Below, one piece after another: positions 28,261 to 36,353 of a DNA stretch of 64,000 nucleotides. How positions within the stretch are numbered: position 1 is the stretch's first letter; every line of letters begins with the position of its first letter. The notes under the pieces were generated by a model. It did no database searches and was not told where the DNA came from. It was given only the letters and a program-made list of their open reading frames with translations. This stretch comes from Pseudomonadota bacterium (GTDB lineage: Bacteria > Myxococcota_A > Polyangia > Polyangiales > Polyangiaceae), in contig JAEZYZ010000062.1 in assembly GCA_023418705.1 (NCBI GenBank), positions 17,875 through 81,874 of the forward strand, in the 5' to 3' direction. Both the position numbers and the translations under genes were made by a program.

Positions 28261-28307
28261 CCCACCCCAATCCCGCGCCCAAGCCCAACCCAACCCCAAG
28301 CCCCCCC
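28261..28307 (-). repeat. G-tract / TTGGG-like microsatellite (G-rich on the minus, gene-sense strand)
   Basis: The minus strand reads GGGGGGGCTTGGGGTTGGGTTGGGCTTGGGCGCGGGATTGGGGTGGG. That is at least 8 G-runs of 3 or more separated by 1-4 nt. It lies in the 434-bp spacer between the PhzF-like gene and the priming transferase. Confidence 0.5.
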
Positions 28308-28376
28308 TTTCAAAGCGAGGAGCGCGGCGATTTCACCCACTTTGTAAGTGCGAGGGCAGGGACGGCGCGACGAGAT

Positions 28377-29288
28377 TCAGACGTGCACGACCCCTTCGCC
28401 CACGACACGGCACTGGCCCCCGACGCGCAGCTCGGTCAGAGCACCATTGGCGTGCGCCAGGCTCACGTGCAGGATGCTCGGGCGGCCAAGCTCCGTTCCT
28501 TGCTCGATCGCGAGGCTCGCCGCCGGGGGGAGGTCTAGCAGGCCATGCCTGACGGCATAGCCCACGACCGGGCCGCAGGCGGATTCGGACGCGGGCTCCT
28601 CGTCCTCGGTGTCCTCCGGGGAGAACACACGGATTTTTAGCCGGGTGTCCTTGCGGCTCGTTTGTACGGAGAAGGCGAGCAGGTTCGGTGCTTCGAAGCG
28701 CTGCAGCGTCCGCTCCCAGATGCTGCGCCGAAAGGCAATGCTCTCCAAGGTCTGGCGGTTCTTGAGCGCGACGATCAGGTACGGAACACCCGAGGAGACG
28801 GCTTGTAGCGGTGCGTCATCCAGGAAGTGCTCACGCCGCAGCGAGAGCATCGCGGCCACGGCTTCGGGTTCCGGGTATTGCCTGCCGAAGACGGGCAAGT
28901 CCTGTTTGACGGTCAGCAAGGGGGCGAACACGGCCACGGAAACCGGGCCGTCCCGCTCTTCGAGCACGATGCGCCGCTGCGCGGCGGGCGGACGGCTCCC
29001 CTTCTGCTGCAGGTCGAGGGCGAAGACGGTCGCGATGGTCGGCAAGCCCGCCCGTGGCAGCTCGCGCGTCGGAGTGAACACCCGGATTTTGGCGTGCGCC
29101 TGCGGATCCGAAGACGGAAAAACGAAGCTGCACTGAGGCAAGCTGAGCTCCCGGGCGATGGCGGCCATCTGTTCATCCGCCAGCCCGGTGGCGTCGGTGA
29201 AAACCGCAACGCGCTTGCCGGCGAATGGGCGTTCGGCAAACACGTTGACCAGCTTGTACCCGTAGCTGAGCATGAGACCCGAGTCCAT
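28377..29288 (-). CDS. PhzF-family (DapF-fold) isomerase-like protein, divergent active-site positions
   Basis: 303 aa. KLVNVFAERPFAGKRVAVFTD...MAAIARELSLPQCSFVF...IRVFTPTRELPRAGLPTIAT matches the PhzF/YddE N-terminal pattern, and the two-domain length is right. Confidence 0.75.
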   Translation of the reverse strand: MDSGLMLSYGYKLVNVFAERPFAGKRVAVFTDATGLADEQMAAIARELSLPQCSFVFPSSDPQAHAKIRVFTPTRELPRAGLPTIATVFALDLQQKGSRPPAAQRRIVLEERDGPVSVAVFAPLLTVKQDLPVFGRQYPEPEAVAAMLSLRREHFLDDAPLQAVSSGVPYLIVALKNRQTLESIAFRRSIWERTLQRFEAPNLLAFSVQTSRKDTRLKIRVFSPEDTEDEEPASESACGPVVGYAVRHGLLDLPPAASLAIEQGTELGRPSILHVSLAHANGALTELRVGGQCRVVGEGVVHV

Positions 29289-29328
29289 TGTCTCAGCTAC
29301 CTACGGGAACGTCTCGTAAAGGACAAGC

Positions 29329-29350
29329 CCGATCCGCGAAATCGGATCGG
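29329..29350 (-). terminator. possible terminator hairpin after the kinase-like gene
   Basis: CCGATCCG-cgaaat-CGGATCGG (8-bp stem), 118 nt downstream of the stop. On the minus strand it is followed by GCTTGTCCTTTACG, which is only weakly T-rich. Confidence 0.3.
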
Positions 29351-29467
29351 CGTCGCCGGCCGCGGGCCTTCGGGCCTTCAGGCCTTCTCCGATGGATCCA
29401 ACCCGAGCGTGCCGCCCGCGCGGGTCTCGCGCCGGCTCGGGCTAGTCCCGAGCTGGTCCCAAGCTCG

Positions 29468-31603
29468 TCACCAGGGCCGCAAGAGCAAGATCAGCGCCAG
29501 CAGCGTCGCCACCGCGAGCATGGCGTAGATGATCCCTCGTCGCTTGACGCTTCGCGCGGTCTTCTGGCGGTCTTTCGCGCTCGCGAGCTCGTCCGAGACG
29601 CCAGCGCCGAGCGCGCCGCTCGCCGCCGCAGGCGGGCGCTCGGAGTCTCGGAGCGCCAGCGCCCTGAGCTGCAGGCTCTTCCCGACCGCCGCCAACACGC
29701 AGGCGGAAATTTCGGTGCGCGACGCCAACCAGCCCTCACGGCTGCCGATGCGCTCGAGCTCATCGGCGAACTGCTCCGCCGTTGGAAAGCGGTCCGCCGG
29801 GCTCAGCGCCAAGGCCTTCGCGCAGAGGGCGTCGAAGCAAGCGGGTGGACGGTTGCCGATTGAGCTCGGCGGAGGCAGTGGGCGGTGCAGCTGGTTGTGG
29901 AGCACGTCCACCACGGCTTCGCTGCCGCCGAACGGAGGGGTGCCCGTCAGCGCGGCGTACAAAACCGCTCCCATCGAGAACACGTCGGCGCGGGCGTCCA
30001 GAGGCAAACCGCGCAGCTGCTCGGGTGAGCGAAAGGCTGCCGCGAGCGTGCTCAGGTCATCGCCGGGGGCGTTGCGGGGGGCGAGGCCTGCCAGACGGCA
30101 GCCGCCGTCGGTTCCGATCAAGAGGGCGCGGGGAGTGATGTTGCCGTGGACCAGGGGCTGGTTGAGCCGGCTCCCCAAGGCGTGCAAGGCGTGAAGCCCG
30201 CGCAAGGCTTCGATGATCGGCGGCAGCAGCAAGGCGGGGGAGCTCCAGCGGGCAGCCAGGAGGTCGCCCAGCGTGCCGCCCTCGACGTAAGCCATCGCTA
30301 AATACGGATTTTCCAGCGGCCCCACGTCGAGGACGTCGACCAGATTCGGGTGCAGCCCGCTGGGCACCTGTCGAACTTGGCTCAGAAAAATCTCGAGCGG
30401 CTGCGGGCTGTCGGGCGACGCGAACACCTTGATCGCGACCAGGGGGCGCACGCTCGTCGTCGCGCGCTGGCGCGCCAGGTAGACGGCCGACGCACCGGCG
30501 TTCTCCAGACACACTCCAAGCTCGTACTTCTCTGGATTCTTCGGGGCGACGATCGTGTTGCGAGGGGGCGCGCTGGGCCGGGAGCCGTCGCTCGCCGGCT
30601 CTTCGAGCTGCGGAGAGAGGTTCCTCAGCACCGGCGTTGCCGCCTCGGCTGGAGCGTGGACGATCGCGGCAGTCTGTTCCGTTGGCTCCGAAATCCGGCG
30701 GAAAAAATCTGCCTCGGTGGCTGGAGCCTGCGAGGGGAGGCTGCCCTCGGGTTCCGGCCAGCCCCGAATCGTGTCGGGGGGGCGCCGGCGCTCCGCGGTG
30801 GGCGTCCTGGCGCCGTTCGAGCCGGAGATGCTGATCACCGGGGCGGCCGTCAGCTTCTCGAAGGTCGGTGTCGGGCTCTGGCCGATCGGGCTCTGGCCGG
30901 TCGGGCTCTCGACGGGAGAAAACCCGGTGAGGGTCCTTGGGTAGCGGGAGCGCTGCGGGGAGCGGTAGAACGAAACGGGTTGGAAGTCTTTGAGCGTCGT
31001 CGTGCGCTCCACCGGCGGCGGGCGCGCCGCCGCGCCGTTCGGGGCGGTGGCTTCGACGCCGTTCGCCTCGCCAAGCGAGCGGCCTCCGCCGCGTTCGAGC
31101 AGCCCCCGGACCAGCAGGTCTCCGATGTCCCGGAGGGCGGCCACGGTGCCGACGTTGGTGGCGCCGAGCACCTGCCAGAGCGTGCGCTGTCCGTCGCAGG
31201 CCGCGAGCAGCGCTCGCTGCCTCTCCGACAGGCTCTGGGACGCAGGACCGCTCTTGCGGGCGAGGACCCCGTCGAGCGGCGGGCACGCCTTCAAGCGCTT
31301 CGTCCAGGGCTCGACCCGCGTGGCGTGCAGCGCGAACAGGCGCCGCGCCCGCTTCTTGAACGCGCCGCCGACGGCAGCGTCCGGTGGTGCGAGCTCGAAG
31401 CTGCCACGATTCAGCGCCAGCACGCGGTAGAGGGCCTTTTCTCCGCGGAACGTCCCGAAGGCGGCGTCGACGAGATCGCCGTGGCGCAGCGAGATGCTGG
31501 CGCGCATGCGGTCGCACTCGATCAACACTTCGGCGCTCAGGCTCGCCGCCTCGAGCGTCAGCAAAAGCTCCGCGAGGCCGCCGGGTGACAAGGTTTCGCG
31601 CAT
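29468..31603 (-). CDS. DUF4388-like N-domain + Ser/Thr-kinase-like domain (predicted pseudokinase) + C-terminal TM anchor
   Basis: 711 aa. The N-terminus (GGLAELLLTLEAASLSAEVLIECDRMRASISLRHGDLVDAAFG...GEKALYRVLAL) has a DUF4388-like pattern. Kinase fold at aa ~359-620 with VAIK, SPE, DVFSMGAVLY and a late Arg. HRDLKPxN is replaced by HGNITPRA and DFG is absent (CRLAGLAP). C-terminal helix IIYAMLAVATLLALILLL. Confidence 0.8.
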   Translation of the reverse strand: MRETLSPGGLAELLLTLEAASLSAEVLIECDRMRASISLRHGDLVDAAFGTFRGEKALYRVLALNRGSFELAPPDAAVGGAFKKRARRLFALHATRVEPWTKRLKACPPLDGVLARKSGPASQSLSERQRALLAACDGQRTLWQVLGATNVGTVAALRDIGDLLVRGLLERGGGRSLGEANGVEATAPNGAAARPPPVERTTTLKDFQPVSFYRSPQRSRYPRTLTGFSPVESPTGQSPIGQSPTPTFEKLTAAPVISISGSNGARTPTAERRRPPDTIRGWPEPEGSLPSQAPATEADFFRRISEPTEQTAAIVHAPAEAATPVLRNLSPQLEEPASDGSRPSAPPRNTIVAPKNPEKYELGVCLENAGASAVYLARQRATTSVRPLVAIKVFASPDSPQPLEIFLSQVRQVPSGLHPNLVDVLDVGPLENPYLAMAYVEGGTLGDLLAARWSSPALLLPPIIEALRGLHALHALGSRLNQPLVHGNITPRALLIGTDGGCRLAGLAPRNAPGDDLSTLAAAFRSPEQLRGLPLDARADVFSMGAVLYAALTGTPPFGGSEAVVDVLHNQLHRPLPPPSSIGNRPPACFDALCAKALALSPADRFPTAEQFADELERIGSREGWLASRTEISACVLAAVGKSLQLRALALRDSERPPAAASGALGAGVSDELASAKDRQKTARSVKRRGIIYAMLAVATLLALILLLRPW

Positions 31604-31745
31604 GGCTGGATGGTGAGGGTTTGGGGAACGATACCGATAGCACGGACGCGCGCCCGTTCAGCGGGCGATTTGCGTCGGCGCGAAGCTCCGCGCCCTTCCG
31701 AATCTCGTTGCCGCGCGAGCGCCTTCCGCTACCCTCCCGGGCGCC

Positions 31746-32816
31746 ATGCCCGCGCCAACGCTGCTCCTGCGCCAGCCGTCGTCGCTGCTGGTGACCGGCG
31801 GCTCCGGGTTCATCGGCTCTGCGTTCGTCCGTCGCTTGTTCACCGAGCTCGGCTTCACCGGCAAGCTCGTGAACCTCGACGCCCTGACGTATGCGGGCAA
31901 CCCGGAGAACGTCGCGGGCGCCGTCCCCGAGGATCGCTATACGTTCGTCCAGGGGGACATCCGCGATCAAGAGCTCGTCGGACGCATTTGTGACGAACAC
32001 GCGGTGGACGCCATCGTCAACTTCGCCGCAGAGAGCCACGTCGATCGCAGCATCCACGGTCCCGGCGTCTTCATCCAGACGAACGTGGTCGGGACGTTCT
32101 CACTCCTGGAGGTCGTGCGAGCGCGGCCGTCGATCCACTTCCACCACGTCTCCACCGACGAGGTGTATGGGTCGCTCGGGCCCGAAGGCCTCTTTCACGA
32201 GACGACGCCCTATTCGCCGAATTCGCCGTACTCGGCCTCCAAGGCCGCGTCCGATCACCTGGTGCGGGCCTACGCGCACACCTACGGCCTGAGCGTCACC
32301 CTCTCCAACTGCAGCAACAACTACGGGCCCTATCAGTTCCCCGAGAAGCTCATCCCGTTGATGCTGCTCAACATGTTGGAGGGCAAGCCCCTGCCGGTCT
32401 ACGGCGACGGCTCCAACGTGCGCGACTGGCTCTATGTCGACGACCACGTCGAGGCGCTGTGGATCGTGCTGCGTTCGGGCCGCTCCGGTGAGACGTACAA
32501 CGTGGGCGGGGAGAGCGAGCGCACGAACCTGGCGCTATTGCACGAGCTGATCGACGCGGTCGCCGACGTCGCGGGGCGTGACGCGGCACGCCTGCGTGAG
32601 CTCATCACCTTCGTCAAGGATCGCCCCGGGCACGACCAGCGCTACGCCATCGACTGCACCAAGATCAAACGCGAGCTCGGCTGGACGCAGCGCCATGACC
32701 TGGCCGCCGGGCTCCGGGACACCGTCCGCTGGTACCTCGAAAACCCGAGCTGGGTCGAGCGCGTGCGGTCCGGGGAGTACAGGAGCTGGATGGAGAAGAA
32801 TTACACGACCCGTTGA
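31746..32816 (+). CDS. rmlB: dTDP-glucose 4,6-dehydratase
   Basis: 356 aa. VTGGSGFIGS, NFAAESHVDRS, HVSTDEVYG, YSASKAASDHL, SNNYGPYQFPEKLIP, GDGSNVRDWLYVDDH. Confidence 0.95.
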   Translation: MPAPTLLLRQPSSLLVTGGSGFIGSAFVRRLFTELGFTGKLVNLDALTYAGNPENVAGAVPEDRYTFVQGDIRDQELVGRICDEHAVDAIVNFAAESHVDRSIHGPGVFIQTNVVGTFSLLEVVRARPSIHFHHVSTDEVYGSLGPEGLFHETTPYSPNSPYSASKAASDHLVRAYAHTYGLSVTLSNCSNNYGPYQFPEKLIPLMLLNMLEGKPLPVYGDGSNVRDWLYVDDHVEALWIVLRSGRSGETYNVGGESERTNLALLHELIDAVADVAGRDAARLRELITFVKDRPGHDQRYAIDCTKIKRELGWTQRHDLAAGLRDTVRWYLENPSWVERVRSGEYRSWMEKNYTTR

Positions 32817-32855
32817 CCCCTTAGACCTGTCACGAGTCACTTACTGGTCGAGCTC

Positions 32856-34247
32856 ATGTTTCATCGACTCTGGCAACGGCGGCGGTACGGCTGGATGCTG
32901 GTCGCCTTGGCAGTGCCGCTCTTTGCCATGGTCGCCCCGCCGATGGAGGGGCTGAGCCAGCCGGGTCAAATCGCGCTTGGGGTCTTCGCGATGGCCGCCA
33001 TCCTGTGGGTGAGCGGGGCGCTGCCGCTCGCGGTGACCGGTCTGATGATCTTGGCCTCGCTGCCGTTCTTCGGCGCCCTGGATTCGCAGCGCGCCTACGC
33101 GCTGTTCGGCAACCCCGCCGTGTTCTTCATCCTCGGCGCGCTGGTGCTGGCGGCGGCGCTGATGACCACCGGGCTCAGCCGGCGCGTCTCGCTGTTCCTG
33201 CTCTGGCGCTTCGGGGGCTCGGCGCGGCAGCTCGCGCTCGGCATCCTGGTGTCCTGCGCGCTTTTGTCCTGGTTCATGCCGGAGCACGCCGTAGCGGCCA
33301 TCGTGTTCCCGACCGTCGCCACCATCACCCAGGCGTTGGAGCTGCAGCCGCGCAGCAGCCGGCTGGCGATCTTGCTGTACCTGTCGATGGCGTGGGGCTG
33401 CATCACCGGCGGCATCGCGACCTTGCTCGGCGGCGCGCGGGCGGCTCTGGCGATCGGCATCCTGACCGAGACGTCCGGACACTCGCTGTCTTTCACCGAG
33501 TACAGCTTGGCCGCAGCGCCCGTCTCCCTGGTGCTGACGCTGGTGGCCGGCGTGCTGCTCCAGCTCTGCTTCAAACCCGAGATCAAGGACGTGAGCGCGG
33601 CGCGCGAGCGGCTCCGCGAGCAGGTGCGCGAGGCCGGGCGCTGGAGCAAGAACGAGGTGCGGGCCGCGGTGATCGCCGCGCTGGCGATCACCTCGTGGAT
33701 CTTGTTCGGGCATTCGGTTGGGCTGGCGACCCTCGCCTTGCTGTGCGCCTCGGCTCTGTTCGCCGTGAACGTGGTGACCTGGGCGGAGGTGGAGCAGAGC
33801 GTCAACTGGGGCGTGTTCTTGCTCTACGGCGGGGCCATCGCGCTGGGGACCTCTCTGACCGAGACCGGGGCCACTCAATGGGTGGCCGACGCGGTGCCCT
33901 CGGTGCTGCCCGCCTCGCCCACGCTGGCGCTGGTGGCGTTCGGCGCGATCGCCTTCGTATTGACCGAGTTCATCAGCAATGCCGCGACCGTGGCGGTCCT
34001 GTTGCCGCTCGCCCTCTCGGTCAGCCCGGCGTACGGACTCGATCCGCGGCTGGTCACCGTGGCCATCGCGGTGCCGGCCGGGTTGGCGTTCACGCTGCCC
34101 GTCGGGACGCCCCCGAGCACCATCGCCTTCTCATCGGGCTACTACGACGTGCCGACCGTCCTGGTGCCCGGGCTGGTGATGACGCTGTGCTCCCTGGTCG
34201 TCTTTGCCATCGCCTGCAGTCTGCTGTGGCCTCTGCTACCATGGTGA
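32856..34247 (+). CDS. DASS/SLC13-type anion (sulfate/dicarboxylate) symporter
   Basis: 463 aa, polytopic. ILWVSGALPLAVTGL..., FGNPAVFFILGALVLAAAL, FISNAATVAVLLPLA and TLPVGTPPSTIAF hairpin-type motifs in both halves. Confidence 0.8.
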   Translation: MFHRLWQRRRYGWMLVALAVPLFAMVAPPMEGLSQPGQIALGVFAMAAILWVSGALPLAVTGLMILASLPFFGALDSQRAYALFGNPAVFFILGALVLAAALMTTGLSRRVSLFLLWRFGGSARQLALGILVSCALLSWFMPEHAVAAIVFPTVATITQALELQPRSSRLAILLYLSMAWGCITGGIATLLGGARAALAIGILTETSGHSLSFTEYSLAAAPVSLVLTLVAGVLLQLCFKPEIKDVSAARERLREQVREAGRWSKNEVRAAVIAALAITSWILFGHSVGLATLALLCASALFAVNVVTWAEVEQSVNWGVFLLYGGAIALGTSLTETGATQWVADAVPSVLPASPTLALVAFGAIAFVLTEFISNAATVAVLLPLALSVSPAYGLDPRLVTVAIAVPAGLAFTLPVGTPPSTIAFSSGYYDVPTVLVPGLVMTLCSLVVFAIACSLLWPLLPW

Positions 34248-34690
34248 GGATGACGCCAGTGGTCGCTTCCCCGCCGGTGTTGGCCCTCTTCTCCGGCCTC
34301 GATCTCGAACCCGCGGTGTTCGAGCGCGGGGTCGCGGAAGCTCGCCAGCGCCAGGTCCCACTGGTGCTCCTGAACGTGCGCCACCAGCAGCAGGCGGAGC
34401 GCCTCGCCGAGGCGCTCACGTCCAACTCGTTCATGGGTCGGGGCGCGGTCGAGCAGCTCAAGCGTCAGATCAAAGATCAGCGCAGCGAGCTGGTGCGCAA
34501 GACGCTCGAGACCATGGCCGCCGAGGCCCGCTCGCTCGGCTTGGACGTGGTGACGCGCTGGGAGAAAGGCGATCTCTCGGCGATCGTCGCGGCGCAGATC
34601 GCGGAGCTCAAGCCCGCGCTCGTCGTCACCGATTGCAAATATCCGGGCGCCTTGCCCAAAGACGTTCAGGTCATCTGCGTCGCCGCCTGA
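34241..34690 (+). CDS. universal-stress-protein-like small protein
   Basis: 149 aa. The ATG overlaps the transporter stop (ATGGTGA). USP-like topology (VLALFSG...VPLVLLNV...GDLSAIVAAQIAELKPALVVTD), but no clear ATP-binding Gly motif. Only the last 150 codons of track ORF 33005-34690 are accepted. Confidence 0.45.
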   Translation: MVRMTPVVASPPVLALFSGLDLEPAVFERGVAEARQRQVPLVLLNVRHQQQAERLAEALTSNSFMGRGAVEQLKRQIKDQRSELVRKTLETMAAEARSLGLDVVTRWEKGDLSAIVAAQIAELKPALVVTDCKYPGALPKDVQVICVAA

Positions 34691-34714
34691 CGGGCGACCG
34701 CGGCCCGACGCCGG

Positions 34715-36046
34715 TCAACCGGACGCCAACAGCGTGAAGGTGTCGCCGCCGTCGGCCGCGTCGTCGTCGTTGATGTCGTCCCACTCGTAGACGTACCAGC
34801 TGTCGGTGTAGGTCGCGAGGTTCGGCAAGATGTCCTGCTCGAACAGCCACACGGCCGCGTGCGTCCCCTCAGCGGTCAGCCCGTAGATGACCAGCCCCAG
34901 GGTCCCGGTCAGGGCGTCGCGGTACACCTCGAAGAGCAGCAGGTCTTTGTCGTCCAGGTCGTCGAGCAAGATGGTCGCGACCTCCTGGTCGTCCGAGCTC
35001 CGCCAGATCCCGTAGGCGTCGTCTCCCGAAGGGCCGCCATAGAGCGGCGCGAGGCGGTTGCTTTCCATCAGCGAGACGGTCGGGTTGCCGTAGCCGCCCC
35101 CCGCCAGGACGACCAGCTCCCCGCCGCCCCCCACGAGCTGCCCGGTCTGGGGATTGATGACGTCGGCCTGCTCTTGGGGCACCACCCGCGTGGTGGGCGC
35201 GGGCGAACACCCGTTCGAGAGCACGGCGATCAGATCTTCCACGGCCGGCCCGTCTCCGGACAGACCGTTGTCGATGGCGACCGCGCGCGCGTTGTTGCAG
35301 ACCTCGGCCAGCACCGCGGGTGCGCAGCCCACCGTGTCGCCGCCGGTCGCGCAGAACTCGGTCGCGGCGCAGGCGACGCCGCAGCCGCCGCAGTGATCGA
35401 TGTCGCGCCCGGCGTCGACGCACCGGCTGCCGCAACAGCTGAAGTCGGCCGGGCACCCTGGCTCCTCCGCCGCTGCGTCACAGGTCGCGTGGCATGTCCC
35501 GCTGCCGCACAGCCGCCCTTCGGCGCACTCCGCGTCGGCCGTGCAGCGATCGCAGTCGTGGTCTTCGCTGCAGACGCCGCTGGCGCAGCTCCCGCCGGTC
35601 TTGCAGCCCGGCACGCACTCGCCGGCGCTGCAGTACGTTCCGTCGGGACACTGATCGTCGTTCTCGTCGCAAGGTCCGTCGCCGCCGCCACCGGCGCCGC
35701 CCTGGCCGCCGCTGCCACCGGCGCCGCCGGTCGCCATCCCCCCACTGCCGCCGTTCCCGGTGCCCGCGCTGCCACCGGCGCCTCCCGCTGGTGTGCCCGC
35801 GCTGCCGCCGTCTCCCGCGCTGCCGCCGTCTCCCGCGCTGCCGCCGCTCGCCGCGGCCCCGGCGCCCGCCGAGCCTCCGCTGCTGGCGTTGCCCGATCCC
35901 GCGGCTCCCCCGCTAGTGCTCCCGGCGGCCCCCGCGTCGTTCCCCGCTCCCCCGGTTTCGCCGAAGGGATCCTGTTCTTCGGACCCGCAGCGCAGGCTGA
36001 CGACGGCGCACCCCAGAAGCACGAAACGACTGATCCAAGTCCTCAT
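34715..36046 (-). CDS. secreted lipoprotein with Gly/Ser/Ala repeat linker and Cys-rich module
   Basis: ATG at 36046 preceded by GGAGG. Lipobox VLLGC. About 100 aa of GGSAG-type repeats (GGSAGDGGSAGDGGSAGTPAGGAGGSAGTGNGGSGG). About 110 aa with about 20 Cys in CxxGxC-like spacing. Acidic C-terminal globular domain of unknown function. Confidence 0.7.
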   Translation of the reverse strand: MRTWISRFVLLGCAVVSLRCGSEEQDPFGETGGAGNDAGAAGSTSGGAAGSGNASSGGSAGAGAAASGGSAGDGGSAGDGGSAGTPAGGAGGSAGTGNGGSGGMATGGAGGSGGQGGAGGGGDGPCDENDDQCPDGTYCSAGECVPGCKTGGSCASGVCSEDHDCDRCTADAECAEGRLCGSGTCHATCDAAAEEPGCPADFSCCGSRCVDAGRDIDHCGGCGVACAATEFCATGGDTVGCAPAVLAEVCNNARAVAIDNGLSGDGPAVEDLIAVLSNGCSPAPTTRVVPQEQADVINPQTGQLVGGGGELVVLAGGGYGNPTVSLMESNRLAPLYGGPSGDDAYGIWRSSDDQEVATILLDDLDDKDLLLFEVYRDALTGTLGLVIYGLTAEGTHAAVWLFEQDILPNLATYTDSWYVYEWDDINDDDAADGGDTFTLLASG

Positions 36047-36157
36047 ATCAAGCACCTCCGAGCATCCCCCACACAGCCTCTCGGTCGCCCCCCACAGTAA
36101 CGCCTCTTCGCGGCTGTCGCGAGCGAATTTCGTTTCCCCTGTGAAACAACGCCGGCG

Positions 36158-36328
36158 CTAGAGCACCGATCCGTTCGCCAGAGCGGAGATCCCGAAGCAT
36201 CGGGGCCCCCATCCCGGTGAGGGCCCCGATCCTTTGGGAAACCCTCTCGTCTGCTCACGGCTCGGTGCTCTAGAGGGTCTCATTTTCCGCGACAAACGGC
36301 TTGCTCCGCAAACCGTTTGTCGCCCTAG
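36158..36328 (-). mobile_element. CTAG-bounded hairpin element, copy A (MITE/REP-like, full length, inverted relative to copies B and C)
   Basis: The core at 36270-36328 is 57/59 identical to the reverse complement of 47041-47099. Hairpin GCGACAAACGG (36289-36299) / CCGTTTGTCGC (36313-36323) with an inner TTGC/GCAA stem. Second hairpin ATCGGGGCCC/GGGCCCCGAT. Ends are CTAGAGC...CCCTAG. It lies 26 nt downstream of the rmlD stop. Confidence 0.6.
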
Positions 36329-36353
36329 GTGACGAGCCGTCGCTCGGTTGGCG

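Noticed and set aside
30057-32057. 666-aa minus-strand ORF spanning the kinase-like gene, the divergent promoter region and the start of rmlB
   Set aside because: It crosses a divergent intergenic region, is Arg/Pro/Ala-rich, and conflicts with two motif-supported genes.
33005-34240. Upstream 412 codons of the 561-aa plus-strand ORF 33005-34690
   Set aside because: This part overlaps the DASS transporter in another frame and reads as Arg/Ala/Gly-rich low complexity. Only the last 150 codons, from the ATG at 34241, look like a real USP-like protein.
36289-36323. Reading the conserved GCGACAAACGG/CCGTTTGTCGC hairpin simply as a Rho-independent terminator
   Set aside because: In none of the three copies, in either orientation, does a T/U-run follow the stem. 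The conserved flanks extend well beyond a terminator, and the copies occur in both orientations relative to the upstream gene.
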